Notes under the pieces: generated by a model
What the model was told of the DNA's origin: nothing
Seen by the model: only the letters and a program-made list of their open reading frames with translations
Databases searched by the model: none
Part shown: in pieces, positions 17,601-26,514 of the stretch
Position numbering within the stretch: position 1 is the stretch's first letter
How the letters are laid out: each line of letters begins with the position of its first letter
Made by a program: the position numbers and the translations under genes
IMG/VR virus record: IMGVR_UViG_3300005077_000090
Span: 1-27,972 of that record
Direction: 5' to 3' (one strand)
DNA length: 27,972 bases
DNA from: a virus
Lineage: Duplodnaviria > Caudoviricetes

Positions 17601-18139
17601 ACTTCATTGACAAACACTAAGACCTTATTACATACTGTCTGATTAACAAAGATGGGTGGAGTTGCTAGAGAAGCTGTAGTTGTCTCTGAGGCACTTACCA
17701 GTTTACTGTACTCATACAAGGTAACTTGTTTAGGACATTCCTTTTCTGAAAACATGACTATTCTGTAGTTATCTTCAGGAATGGTCAGGAAAGTTATATC
17801 AGGATTAGTGAACTTGAATACATCAGAAAACGATGCTAACTCTGAATAGGTATCGTTAGCATAGAATAGTTTAATGGTACTCCATCTAACTAAGATGTTT
17901 AACTCAATACCAAACTTACTTCTAAATTGATGTAAGTAGTGGTCACCTTCATAGTCTGTAGTGTAAAACTTATCAGTACCTCGTCGTTTAGATAGAGTTC
18001 CAGATAAGTCAGTGTCTACATTCTTAAGTCTGATAGCATCAGACTGTCTCGCATTAATAGGAGAAGCAGTAGTGTTTAGACCAGTGAAGTTACTGGCATG
18101 AATAGAGATATCTTCTTGATTAGGATTTTTAGTAACCAT
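14621..18139 (-). CDS. Tail tubular protein B / nozzle, T7 gp12-like (1172 aa)
   Basis: N-terminal FTGLN...LKNVDTDLSGTLSKRRGT. Propeller-type segments HQQRLILAG and LFIFTRSEVY. Follows the gp11-like gene. Confidence 0.85.
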   Translation of the reverse strand: MVTKNPNQEDISIHASNFTGLNTTASPINARQSDAIRLKNVDTDLSGTLSKRRGTDKFYTTDYEGDHYLHQFRSKFGIELNILVRWSTIKLFYANDTYSELASFSDVFKFTNPDITFLTIPEDNYRIVMFSEKECPKQVTLYEYSKLVSASETTTASLATPPIFVNQTVCNKVLVFVNEVYDSSITVTYGASTCSVTRVGGFSVEDRLVFILPTWQWWAEAEAWYAANFVYTVPRFGASEADKLVATPPDILVDPVDRPYYGTILYYLWNNELNSNQYTRRTTAIPEVADEYKWSNGLYPVSESPFDLITSDYSTFDYVCFGAESNYVEYTTLEISDFSSARVTIPGHQFRDEDYVELIQTNADLTVASTNHYVKVIDEDTIELYTSTAFTIPSGITHSNTAENIASGSINTTNDRITVTDYTKYANGCKVKVTGNGTAIPGGVTFGKEYYAKNNASGYINLCYDAGLRYIVDITSATDCHVYTIRNITIKKILFNTVTYNRARRLTFNNDTGITGTDLDFFISSSIQISQNVSPSTVYTGYVLHNEPDNYTSIITSTTTKANYVRLIHPVNADNLMRLVNSVPTWVGTSGKSSKFNPTTASTHEGGYYPVYGYGHYADYLNGDFNSVGVLHQQRLILAGFKHRPNTVLCSGVANHYIENEYYNYFQINDGLEGLEYEPFDFVLSSSDEVVSLLSWQQMLFIFTRSEVYRSISIESPLSPTNRYFVVVSGQGAVSKHGTALTGTNIYYIGTLGVYNIPVVFQGEYRSEEVSLPIRKVFGEYNFSSLHYHRHRDKLFLAGDKTFVYDVPTQSWTEYYTYQGFNHKTLADMYDYTRGWTVVSGVYNSLWRGLLRWYSDYFMDFVEQVTWSTGVTEEVTLTDVYYETLSAYTGQTIYKFNLFTSLLDDDDFVIWYGTSRATATLLGTANWKKLPNNQFEVVNFSPATGSYFYLIPNPTGTWYGYGMHIDNVPIYAPTNLFGTLDFSNSSETYTYDLSSTCLSLTTASSPTKDLITIDFSESSCIVTPEESSATVGICYPTEYMSTTMARELLGAYKRTEQVMLWFTNYKPSHTEEDYHALGSYTPSLTTAQKYPTVVTAALIRNIDRNAAVEYDILSRNEEGSTDEWTMLHLRLQRLGYAYRLYLTSTNVYTWNLAAYQVLAKIMSGLGYISGGE

Positions 18140-18797
18140 ACAGATTAATTACTCGGTGGTCAATACTACGTTCTTGAGACATAAGCCGTTGAATCACTAC
18201 CTGATAGTTTCTTTCATGTAGTTGACTCTTATCTTGGTCATGCTCATGAATAAGAGCTAAGTTTGCTAATGCTTTCTGAAGTGCAGCATTCACAAATCTA
18301 TCAGGCATTGCAATATTAATGCTGTCTAATATTGGTTGAGTAAAATTATTAGTGACACAAAAATGTAACTGATTTCGTGTGTCGCTTGTAGAAGGGTATG
18401 GATTAAACCTGACAGTATCGTCTGTCCAGGAATATCGTTCAGGATACGTTGAATCAATTGTATCGTAAGAAGTCAATGCTTGAACATAGAAATCTTCAAG
18501 CTTAACTGAAGGAATTTCTACGAAGTCTCCATTTGTAGACTTATACTTAATCCAGTGAAGGGTACGAACTCCTAAGAGTGTACCCTTCTCTGAAGACCAG
18601 GATAGTGAAGTGCCTGTAATCGTGGTTGTCAACCAAGACCAATCTAACACAGTGCTTACTTCTAACAGCGCTTGCCGTAGGTATTCTTTGGCTTTTTTAC
18701 TTGACGTTGTTTCTGAAGTGGTACTCACTTCAGGTTCAGAGATAGCTGTCAGAAGCTTATTAACACAGGTTAGTTGAGTCTCAGTTGACGTAGACAT
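18129..18797 (-). CDS. Tail tubular protein A / adaptor, T7 gp11-like (222 aa)
   Basis: N-terminal TQLTCVNKLLTAISEPEVS matches the gp11 pattern, plus DWSW. Directly follows the capsid gene. Confidence 0.85.
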   Translation of the reverse strand: MSTSTETQLTCVNKLLTAISEPEVSTTSETTSSKKAKEYLRQALLEVSTVLDWSWLTTTITGTSLSWSSEKGTLLGVRTLHWIKYKSTNGDFVEIPSVKLEDFYVQALTSYDTIDSTYPERYSWTDDTVRFNPYPSTSDTRNQLHFCVTNNFTQPILDSINIAMPDRFVNAALQKALANLALIHEHDQDKSQLHERNYQVVIQRLMSQERSIDHRVINLYGY

Positions 18798-19855
18798 TAG
18801 GCAACACCACGAGAGTGAATTAGGACTGCTTCGTTAGGATAGAAGGTCTTGGCACCAAAGACCTGGCGAGTCACCACAGCGTTAATCTGGTGGGTGATTA
18901 GACGGTCTTGCTCAACAGTAACGTCTTTCTGTTTTGCCAGGATTGCCCAGCGAGGATGCACGAGCATTCCAGTTTGGAAAGGTTGAGCAGTTTCAGAACC
19001 AGTCTTACCTTGAGGCAGGTAAGTGATAGTCGTACCAACATCTTCTTGGTCAGGCAGATAGGCAGAACCAGTAACACCAGGAGTAGGAGCACCAGTAGCA
19101 CCTTCTTCTTCAATTAAACCAGTCAAGCTGTTATTGGCAATACTGGTTGTCACATGCACAGGCAGACCATGCAGAGTTCCAATGATACCGCTAGACATAC
19201 GATTAATAGCCAGTTGAGCCATTTCGTAGTCTCTGGAAATAAACTTATCTACATTCAACAAGTCCATTGCTTGAGAGGGGCTGAGAATCCAGCGGCACTC
19301 TTCAACAGGAACATCTTGAATCATCAGAATTTCCATTGCTGCCATAACAGAGGCATTGTCCAATGGAGCAGGGTCACCAGCGACAGTACCAGCACCAGTT
19401 CCAGTAGAACGAAAGATGCGGTTAGTGGTAGGAATAGCTGCACGAAGTCCGAGCAGAAAGTTTTCCAGGTAACGAACGTGAGCATCAGCAGCAGCTTTGG
19501 TGTACTCAGACCGCAGTTCATACTGAGACTGCATTTCCACCAGGTCATCAAGACCAAAGGATGCTTCCCGGTCTTGAGTGATGGTCATCTCATGTTTGCC
19601 AGGAGTCTGTGCTTGAAACTCAATAGGAGTCCCAGGTACTCTGGCTCTTGTACCCAGCCGACCTACTTTAGGCCAGTAGAGTTTGTCACCTTTCTTACCA
19701 ATGACAGAGATTGTCTTGGTTGCAGCAGCTAGATGAAACTTTTTGTCACGGTAGCGAAGAATCTCAAGTGCCCAGACATTAGGCACAAAGTTGTCAATTA
19801 GACCACGAGTGACAATCTCACCAGAGTAAAGATTCGGAGAAACAGTAGCAGGCAT
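18797..19855 (-). CDS. Major capsid protein (352 aa)
   Basis: FVPNVWALEIL, GDKLYWPKVG, GIIGTLHGLPVHVT and C-terminal VFGAKTFYPNEAVLI are typical podophage coat motifs. Follows the scaffold gene. Confidence 0.9.
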   Translation of the reverse strand: MPATVSPNLYSGEIVTRGLIDNFVPNVWALEILRYRDKKFHLAAATKTISVIGKKGDKLYWPKVGRLGTRARVPGTPIEFQAQTPGKHEMTITQDREASFGLDDLVEMQSQYELRSEYTKAAADAHVRYLENFLLGLRAAIPTTNRIFRSTGTGAGTVAGDPAPLDNASVMAAMEILMIQDVPVEECRWILSPSQAMDLLNVDKFISRDYEMAQLAINRMSSGIIGTLHGLPVHVTTSIANNSLTGLIEEEGATGAPTPGVTGSAYLPDQEDVGTTITYLPQGKTGSETAQPFQTGMLVHPRWAILAKQKDVTVEQDRLITHQINAVVTRQVFGAKTFYPNEAVLIHSRGVA

Positions 19856-19859
19856 AATC

Positions 19860-20522
19860 TTAATCCATTAAAACGGCATTCTCGGTAAACGCCAACAAAA
19901 TCTCTGGTGCTTTTGAAGCATAATCCGAGTCAGACATAGCTCTTAGCTGAGACATTGTAAAGCGATACTGAGGTACTTGAGGTGTGGGTGAACTTGTTGT
20001 AGAAGGTTTTTCAATGCTTGTTGAGCTTTGTTGGTAGCGATTCCAGAGGCGCTTAACTCCTTCTACACTCGTGGCTTCTGGATGGTCAATTCCAAACGTG
20101 TTTGATAACACTTGCATCCTTCTAGTTAATTCAGTCTGGTCAACTCCCCAGTCAGCCTGTAGTTGAGCACTCGCCTGAGCAATTTGATTTTGCTGGTAGG
20201 CTTCGACTTGCTGATTGAATGTTTCAAGGTCTACACCAAAACGCTCTTGAATAGCTCTCTCAAAGATAGCATCTTCAACAGTATATGTTGTTTCTGGTTG
20301 AGGGGTTTCTTGAACAGTCTGCTGTGTATTGCTAAGGTCAATCTCTTGACCTGTCGCCATCGGAGTTTGTTGAGTAGTTACTGTAGGTGTAGGCTCACCA
20401 GTAGCAATCCGTTCCTGTTCTTCCACAGTGACCATCGTGACATTGTGGTCATCGGGATTGAAATCAGTAGACTGCGGGTTGTTGTTGAGTCTGTCCAGTA
20501 CTTCCTTGGTTAGCTGTGCCAT
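19860..20522 (-). CDS. Capsid scaffolding protein (220 aa)
   Basis: Lies between portal and capsid genes. Acidic and Q/T-rich, with C-terminal FTMSQLRAMSDSDY...EILLAF helix pair. GGAGA RBS. Confidence 0.8.
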   Translation of the reverse strand: MAQLTKEVLDRLNNNPQSTDFNPDDHNVTMVTVEEQERIATGEPTPTVTTQQTPMATGQEIDLSNTQQTVQETPQPETTYTVEDAIFERAIQERFGVDLETFNQQVEAYQQNQIAQASAQLQADWGVDQTELTRRMQVLSNTFGIDHPEATSVEGVKRLWNRYQQSSTSIEKPSTTSSPTPQVPQYRFTMSQLRAMSDSDYASKAPEILLAFTENAVLMD

Positions 20523-22356
20523 TTGTTACATCTCCATTTAGTTGAGGTGGTGCACTTATTCCTAACATCTGCATCAAGTCTTGTCCTCCATTCATCTGCA
20601 TGTGATTTTGGACAGTCTGTTGCATCACTGGTGGAACATTCGTTTCTGGTTCCATCTCACCTGACGCTGTACTAAAGTACTTGTCAGGGTCTTCATAAAG
20701 GACATTACGAATAATGTCTTTCAGAATCTCGGTTATGTTGACCTGCTGCTGTAGCTCAGGAGGTAACTTCAATACTAATTCCAATATCTCCATTCGTCTT
20801 TCGACAAACTCTTTCTTCTTGATAATGTGGTCGGCACCAGCAGGGTAAATCTTGTAGTCTGCCTGTAGTTCTGGAGCACCTACAGTGTAGATAATGTTAG
20901 CATCAGGAGTACTAACAAGGATATCTTCATCTACTGTAGTGTACTGCTGAACAATACTTAGAGTTTTCGTCAGAGCTTCAAACAACCAAGTCTGTTTGGC
21001 ATGGAGGAATACTGAGAACAGTCTGTTTCCACCAGCTTCTAGAACTGCTTGAATCTCTGTAGCCGTAACTCGTTCTCCACCTCTAGGTTGACCACTACCA
21101 ATCAATGGGCCAGTACCCATTGCTTTATTAACAAAGTCTTCAAAGAAGGCAATCTGCTGGAATGAGAGGTTAAAGTTGTTAAGTGGTGGTTGGATAGGCT
21201 GAAGAACTCCATGCTCATCCACAGGAAGAACTTTACCAGGCTCAATCCAAATATCATTAGCGTTTAGTGTAGAGTCTCTGGTCATTGTGTAGGCAGGATT
21301 CACTGCTAACTCAATACCATCAGCCATCTGAGATACAGTAACATCCATCTGATGAATGAGTCCAGATGTTGCTTGAATTGGAGAGATTCCATAAGCCTGT
21401 CTGACTACTGGAATATAATCTCCAATGACAAATGGTTTCCCGCATTTATACGGATTAGGCTCAAATCTTAGAAGATGGGAACCTACTGTAACAATTCGAC
21501 AATTACGAATTGTAATGTACGGTAGATGTAAGTCTCCCCAGTACTCTAAGATAGGAACTTTATCTGTCATTGCACAGGGAGTTATGTTAATCCCTCTGTA
21601 CTGGTGAATCTGCTTAGCAGAAGTGTCATAGAGAATCTCATTCATGTAACCAGCGTTACCTTTGAATGGAGCAAGCTCTATGATATCAAGTTCATTGGCA
21701 TTCGAATAGTAGCCAGACTTTAAGTCACTGATGACATCAGCCCTGGTTCTTAGTACTTTACGAATAAACGGACTTCCTTCTTCATGCGACTCTCTAGGAT
21801 TGTAGAAACAGTCAAATGAATCTAGAGTCTCGTACTTGATTCCTTTGCCTTCTTGCCAAGGAACAGCAAGTACTGAGTTACCAATGATACATAATTGTCT
21901 GACATAGGCTCCGACCTCTACTGAAAATCTCCAGTCTATAAGTTTCTGTTTTAGAAAGTGACGGATTACTTTTGCTAACTCGATATAGTTAGCGTCAGTA
22001 GGAGTTGTCTCAAACCAATTCTCATTAGGAAAGAGACTCTGAATAAGGTATGAGTGAATAGTCTCTACAGACTCAAACACTTTACCAAGATTAAGTCTAT
22101 GTCTCCAGTCACTCTTAACATTACCAATCTCACGCATGATTTCAGCACGAGCAGCACTGTTTGATTCTGGAGTATTGAGGTACTTAGCCCACGACTGTAG
22201 CCAGTATCTCTCTATCTGTGTTCTGTCTTCTTTGAATTGTCGGAACACAGAATGAACCTGAGTACAGATATCCTGGAGCAGTACCTCATCATTCATGTCA
22301 GGGTAAGCAGAAGAATCGGTTACTACTGTTTTGAATGAGCCTAGATTATGTATCAT
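20464..22356 (-). CDS. Portal (head-tail connector) protein (630 aa)
   Basis: LIQSLFPNENWF, IIGNSV, YGISP and VTATEIQ portal motifs. Start moved to ATG 22356 (ATGA overlap with the terL stop). Confidence 0.9.
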   Translation of the reverse strand: MIHNLGSFKTVVTDSSAYPDMNDEVLLQDICTQVHSVFRQFKEDRTQIERYWLQSWAKYLNTPESNSAARAEIMREIGNVKSDWRHRLNLGKVFESVETIHSYLIQSLFPNENWFETTPTDANYIELAKVIRHFLKQKLIDWRFSVEVGAYVRQLCIIGNSVLAVPWQEGKGIKYETLDSFDCFYNPRESHEEGSPFIRKVLRTRADVISDLKSGYYSNANELDIIELAPFKGNAGYMNEILYDTSAKQIHQYRGINITPCAMTDKVPILEYWGDLHLPYITIRNCRIVTVGSHLLRFEPNPYKCGKPFVIGDYIPVVRQAYGISPIQATSGLIHQMDVTVSQMADGIELAVNPAYTMTRDSTLNANDIWIEPGKVLPVDEHGVLQPIQPPLNNFNLSFQQIAFFEDFVNKAMGTGPLIGSGQPRGGERVTATEIQAVLEAGGNRLFSVFLHAKQTWLFEALTKTLSIVQQYTTVDEDILVSTPDANIIYTVGAPELQADYKIYPAGADHIIKKKEFVERRMEILELVLKLPPELQQQVNITEILKDIIRNVLYEDPDKYFSTASGEMEPETNVPPVMQQTVQNHMQMNGGQDLMQMLGISAPPQLNGDVTNGTANQGSTGQTQQQPAVY

Positions 22357-24074
22357 CTGCAACCACCAAACATAGTGTTAATAGTGATGTTTCTTCCGTA
22401 CTGTGTGTCGTCTCGGTATTCTCTTCTCAGGGATGGAGCAGTTCGTGCAATCATTTCTATACAGTCTAAAAAGTTATCATCATTGTGTAAACTATGAATG
22501 TCAAATAGATCTAACTCGTTTCGTAAGTTAGAATGCTGCCAAGTTAGAGAATTGACAAGCAAGTTACCAGCGTCAATAATGGGAGACAAAACAAATACTA
22601 ATTTCTCCGTCTTGCTCATACGTCTATTGATAGGAGATTTCCTGATAGCAAGAACTGCTTTCTTATGCAACAAACACCAGTTATGAAATCCAGAGTAGAA
22701 CGCATCTTGAAGACCTACTCCAGACTCATATGTCACGGCATTTAGATTCCACTTCAACGCCATCTTATGAATTAAGTCATAGAATATTTCAATACTCCAC
22801 TTACCCGTTTGTCCATCGACAATATGGAGCCTTCTTAACTCATCAACACCTCCTACAACGATGGCTCTGTTGTCTGCTGAAGCAGAAGTAGAGATAGCAA
22901 GGTCAACGACTAAATGTAAACGAATAGGAAATACTTCATATCCAGTAGCAATAGGTTTGTCAGTGTCAACAAAATTAGTAATTCCTGGTTCATTTGTTCT
23001 ACGGTAATTACCAGGAAAGATTAATTTTACAGAGTCAGCATGAAGTGGAGAGTGGTCTTCAGAAATAATCTTATTTCGGAATTGAGCATACCACTCTCTT
23101 TTAGTAACTGAACCAGTAGCTAATAGATTTTGTTCTTCCTCTTCACCAAAGATTTCTGGACAGATATAGCCATCATCTTTGTTTTTACCATTAACGTAGA
23201 TATCTTTCTCTAAGACAGTGTAACGAGTCTTACGTAAAGCACTTTCTCTAGACTTATCATCGTTGCCTACATACTTAGAATAGAAGTCCCAGGAGTAATA
23301 ACGAGTTCCGTTAATTAAGATTTCGTTTCCTACCCATTCACTAAATCCTGTAGAAATCTCAACATATTGAGGACGCTTAGTAACAACAGATTCAATGTCA
23401 TGTGCCCATCTCTGTACTCTTCTTGCTTTAATGAGAGACTCTGAATTATCCCAGTTGACAATATCATCAAAGATAACTAAGTCACAGTGTTTACCAGTAG
23501 GTGACATACCTACAGACAAAGCTTGCAGTGTTGGCTGTTTATCCTTTAGACGTCGTACTACCTGAAGTGCCCAAGCTGTCCAGATAACTTTAGTATCTTC
23601 TGCCTCAGTTATCCCAGCAAGACGCTTATAATTAGATGCAGCATTGCGTAGTCTAGGAATTAAGTTTCCTTGAATATGTGGTCTAACATTCCAGACATAC
23701 TCAGTCAGTTCAGGGTCTTCGAGGTACTGCCTGATTTCCCTAATCATATCAGTAGCCAGTTCTTTAACATTACAGCCAATGATAATGCTGATATCTGGAT
23801 TTCTATAGATCCTCCACAAAGTATACAGGATAGTATTAACCGTAGACTTAAAATGTTCTCTAGGAATTAGAAATAGTTTACGACGGTACTCATACTTAGT
23901 ATCTCTCATAGTTTGGTTTTTGCAGTTAATCTCTGCCATCTCTCTATGGAGGGCATAGAAATTTTGACTGCCACCACGGAAATTAATCAAATCACAAAAC
24001 GCCGAGATGTCTCTAAGCTCCTTAACTTTGAGTTTCTTTAATTCTTGTGAGTCAATAGTTTCGTAGTCAATCAT
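22353..24074 (-). CDS. terL: Terminase large subunit (573 aa from ATG 24074; track start is TTG 24143)
   Basis: Walker A variant IPREHFKST, Walker B LVIFDD, coupling motif NGTRY, RNase H-type nuclease VVDLA...HNDDNFLD. Confidence 0.92.
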   Translation of the reverse strand: MIDYETIDSQELKKLKVKELRDISAFCDLINFRGGSQNFYALHREMAEINCKNQTMRDTKYEYRRKLFLIPREHFKSTVNTILYTLWRIYRNPDISIIIGCNVKELATDMIREIRQYLEDPELTEYVWNVRPHIQGNLIPRLRNAASNYKRLAGITEAEDTKVIWTAWALQVVRRLKDKQPTLQALSVGMSPTGKHCDLVIFDDIVNWDNSESLIKARRVQRWAHDIESVVTKRPQYVEISTGFSEWVGNEILINGTRYYSWDFYSKYVGNDDKSRESALRKTRYTVLEKDIYVNGKNKDDGYICPEIFGEEEEQNLLATGSVTKREWYAQFRNKIISEDHSPLHADSVKLIFPGNYRRTNEPGITNFVDTDKPIATGYEVFPIRLHLVVDLAISTSASADNRAIVVGGVDELRRLHIVDGQTGKWSIEIFYDLIHKMALKWNLNAVTYESGVGLQDAFYSGFHNWCLLHKKAVLAIRKSPINRRMSKTEKLVFVLSPIIDAGNLLVNSLTWQHSNLRNELDLFDIHSLHNDDNFLDCIEMIARTAPSLRREYRDDTQYGRNITINTMFGGCR

Positions 24075-24080
24075 AGTCTT

Positions 24081-24118
24081 AGAAGAAAGTTCCCCCTCTT
24101 TAGTGGAGAGAGGGAACT
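24081..24118 (-). terminator. 12-bp hairpin with U-rich tail just upstream of terL
   Basis: Minus strand AGTTCCCTCTCT-ccactaa-AGAGGGGGAACT-TTCTTCT, with one G-U pair. Confidence 0.6.
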
Positions 24119-24153
24119 GCTTACCTACAATGGAGAGAACCAAAAATTGCTAG

Positions 24154-24633
24154 TTATCTTTGAGTGACTTTGAATTTCAAAGTAACACAAAGATAATCTA
24201 GACCTGTTACTGTACCAGCATCTTCGAGGCCAATAATCTGTCCTTTGGTGGCAGACTTAGCAGCACTAAGGATGCTAATAGAATTAACATCATTAGTGAG
24301 TCCAGCAGTGGCACAGTCACAGGAGGCTGTCATTGCAGTACCAGAATCTGGGTCAGTACCAGAATCAGAACTGTTGATAGTAAAGGCAGCACCAGAACCA
24401 CCTTGACCAGAATAAACGTACCAAGCTTCAGACAACTCTACAGAAGTGAAGGGTACAATTGCAATGTACTTGAAGTTAGTGGCTGTACCAGGGTTAGTGC
24501 CAGTAAGGTTGTAAGTTACAACCCAGTCACCAGTATCACATGAGATGTGAAGAGGAATGTCAATTTCATTCTCAATGTGATACTTGAATAAACCTTCAAG
24601 GGTATCGTAAGCAACGTTTGGAGGTGTAGTCAT
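24154..24633 (-). CDS. Hypothetical beta-rich putative virion protein (159 aa)
   Basis: Clean ATG ORF in the operon, T/S/G/A-rich. No family recognised. Confidence 0.75.
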   Translation of the reverse strand: MTTPPNVAYDTLEGLFKYHIENEIDIPLHISCDTGDWVVTYNLTGTNPGTATNFKYIAIVPFTSVELSEAWYVYSGQGGSGAAFTINSSDSGTDPDSGTAMTASCDCATAGLTNDVNSISILSAAKSATKGQIIGLEDAGTVTGLDYLCVTLKFKVTQR

Positions 24634-24659
24634 AATTCACCAGGATGACGGGAAAGGTC

Positions 24660-24977
24660 TTAGAAATCTTCGTCGTCTTCGTCTTCGTCTTCGTAGTCGT
24701 AGTCGTAGTCTTCATCAACATCGTAATCTTCTGCAGTACTGTTGGAAAGATTACGACGAAGTTTCTGCAGAATGTATTCAATTTTCTCAATGAGGTTCAT
24801 CTCATCAAAGTCTTCTTCCAGAGAGTCATCATCAGTCAGTTCATCCAGAAGCATGTCCAGAATTTTCTTAAAGACCAGATTCTGAAACAGACTTTGACGT
24901 TTTACAGAACCAAGGTAAACTTCAGAGGAAGTCAGAGCTTGGGAAGCATTGGAGGTAGCTTTAGAGATGTTAGTCAT
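24660..24977 (-). CDS. Hypothetical protein with highly acidic tail (105 aa)
   Basis: GGAGA RBS and ATGA overlap. Ends EDYDVDEDYDYDYEDEDEDDEDF, encoded by 6-nt microrepeats. Confidence 0.8.
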   Translation of the reverse strand: MTNISKATSNASQALTSSEVYLGSVKRQSLFQNLVFKKILDMLLDELTDDDSLEEDFDEMNLIEKIEYILQKLRRNLSNSTAEDYDVDEDYDYDYEDEDEDDEDF

Positions 24978-25117
24978 TTGGGTTTTCTCCGAATTTGAGG
25001 TCTTTGAAGTTTATAGTCTCTACCAGGCTGTGCTCCCTGACATCCGTACAGAGATGCATTGTAGGCACACTTACCATTATTCAGACAATCAGGGTAAGTG
25101 CATTTGTTCTCAGACAT
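24974..25117 (-). CDS. 47-aa four-cysteine basic peptide (not in ORF track)
   Basis: MSENKCTYPDCLNNGKCAYNASLYGCQGAQPGRDYKLQRPQIRRKPK*. Abuts the upstream stop (TAAATG) and overlaps the next start (ATGA), filling the gap exactly. Confidence 0.75.
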   Translation of the reverse strand: MSENKCTYPDCLNNGKCAYNASLYGCQGAQPGRDYKLQRPQIRRKPK

Positions 25118-25600
25118 TTACTTTTGAACTCCATCGTAACGACCAGTCGGTTTCAGTGGTTCTCCCAGGGCAAAGAAGATTTCAAGAACTACTTTCCAGT
25201 AGATTACATCAGTAGCGTCAGCAGGGTTTACCTTAACAGTCAGGTATTTGTTAGTGTTGTCTGCTGCGATATCTACTGCAACGTGCGTAGCTGCTTCAGT
25301 ACAGGAGACTGCATCAGCAGCAGTTCTAGCTGCTGTAGCTGTTGAGACTTCAGGAGTGTTGGTAGCTGCTGCATCATCCGTGTCATTCCAACCAAGGGCA
25401 GTCTTGCGGATGTACATTGTAGAACCCAACGGTGGTTGGAATCTCTTATCCTCAATCCCGTCAATGAAGAGTTCAGTGACAGTGGTGAAGTTGGTTTTAC
25501 CACGATAAGTAAGCTCAATACATTCTTGTTGGTCTAGAGCAAACTGGTCGGTGATTAGTTCAGTAGGAGTACGAGAAAATCCTCCAGTAATTTCAGACAT
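25118..25600 (-). CDS. Hypothetical putative virion protein (160 aa)
   Basis: GGAGG RBS, overlaps the upstream stop, T/A/D-rich. Confidence 0.8.
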   Translation of the reverse strand: MSEITGGFSRTPTELITDQFALDQQECIELTYRGKTNFTTVTELFIDGIEDKRFQPPLGSTMYIRKTALGWNDTDDAAATNTPEVSTATAARTAADAVSCTEAATHVAVDIAADNTNKYLTVKVNPADATDVIYWKVVLEIFFALGEPLKPTGRYDGVQK

Positions 25601-26015
25601 TTTGAATCCTCCGAGTGTTGTACGATATAGCTCGTTGCAAGTTGAAAGATGCAGTTCCCTGAGACTTTAACCAGTCACTCATAGCAGCATTTCTTTGGTT
25701 TTGTGTAGCGACATTTACACGTCTTTGTTGTTGACTTGCTAGAGCAGCTTCAGTATTAGCCATCTGCTGTTGCTGTTGTAGTTGAGCATTCTGTAAAGCA
25801 GTGTACTGTTGCAGTAGATTTTGCTGCTGAGCTTGTGCTGCTCTTTGCTGATTACCTGCTCGTCTAACTTCCATTCGCTGTTGTGTTAGCAAACTTCGCT
25901 GTACTCTAGCTGTCGCCTGTACTTCGTTTCCTAAGTCTCTAAATAAAGATTCAATTTCTCTAATTTGAGAGTTACTTAGTCCAGGCGTCTTTGGTTGTTT
26001 TGGTTTGCTGCCCAT
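25593..26015 (-). CDS. Q-rich coiled-coil protein, possibly virion-associated (140 aa)
   Basis: MGSKPKQPKTP start followed by Q/A helices resembles small podophage virion proteins. Function is inferred. Confidence 0.7.
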   Translation of the reverse strand: MGSKPKQPKTPGLSNSQIREIESLFRDLGNEVQATARVQRSLLTQQRMEVRRAGNQQRAAQAQQQNLLQQYTALQNAQLQQQQQMANTEAALASQQQRRVNVATQNQRNAAMSDWLKSQGTASFNLQRAISYNTRRIQNV

Positions 26016-26238
26016 GAGGTTTCACTGCTGGATGAGTGGGTCGTTCTGCAAGTCTACGGTTTGCTAGTGTAACATAATCGTTGCTGGTTAATTCAGGAGT
26101 CTTTTTTTGATTATTTCGAAATTCCTGAATGTCAGCTACAGTAATGTTATGGGCATTCATGATTGACGCAATACGCATTAAAACTTGTCGATTTTCGTCA
26201 ATCCTTCGTTGTTGGGCTAAAGATGCTACTCTGTCCAT
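25972..26238 (-). CDS. Hypothetical basic protein (88 aa from ATG 26238)
   Basis: AAGGA upstream of MDRVASLAQQRR. Overlaps the next gene by 44 nt. A small-terminase role is possible but unsupported. Confidence 0.6.
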   Translation of the reverse strand: MDRVASLAQQRRIDENRQVLMRIASIMNAHNITVADIQEFRNNQKKTPELTSNDYVTLANRRLAERPTHPAVKPHGQQTKTTKDAWTK

Positions 26239-26287
26239 CGGGGTTTCCTTCCAGTACCTCCAATGTAGTCTACATTGTAGCACAAGA

Positions 26288-26506
26288 TTACGGAACTGTC
26301 AAGTGCATTTCTGGACAGAAAGAATCAGCGTGTAGGAGGATTTCAATGATTTTAGTTCTCTGTTCAAAGACAATGAAGAGTAGAGTAAGGATGGAAATAA
26401 ACATCAGAAGATTGATGAGTACCATTCCCTGAATAACTACCTCTCGGTACGTCTTTGTGTGATGTAGTAATTCTCCTAAGAGTTCTACGATGTGATCTAA
26501 GTCCAT
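26288..26506 (-). CDS. Single-TM protein, holin candidate (72 aa from ATG 26506)
   Basis: GAGG RBS. Hydrophobic VVIQGMVLINLLMFISILTLLFIVF. Immediately follows the endolysin. Confidence 0.6.
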   Translation of the reverse strand: MDLDHIVELLGELLHHTKTYREVVIQGMVLINLLMFISILTLLFIVFEQRTKIIEILLHADSFCPEMHLTVP

Positions 26507-26514
26507 TGGATACC

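Noticed and set aside
18780-18830. T7-style capsid frameshift or post-capsid terminator
   Set aside because: No slippery run or hairpin is visible, and the capsid stop overlaps the next ATG (TAATG).
19154-19732. 192-aa plus-strand ORF and other antisense or alternate-frame ORFs within late genes (e.g. 1680..2112, 8005..8643, 9987..10337, 24645..25508)
   Set aside because: They lie on top of well-supported minus-strand genes and have no RBS or motif. The VFVFVVVV run at 24645 is only the antisense of the acidic repeat.
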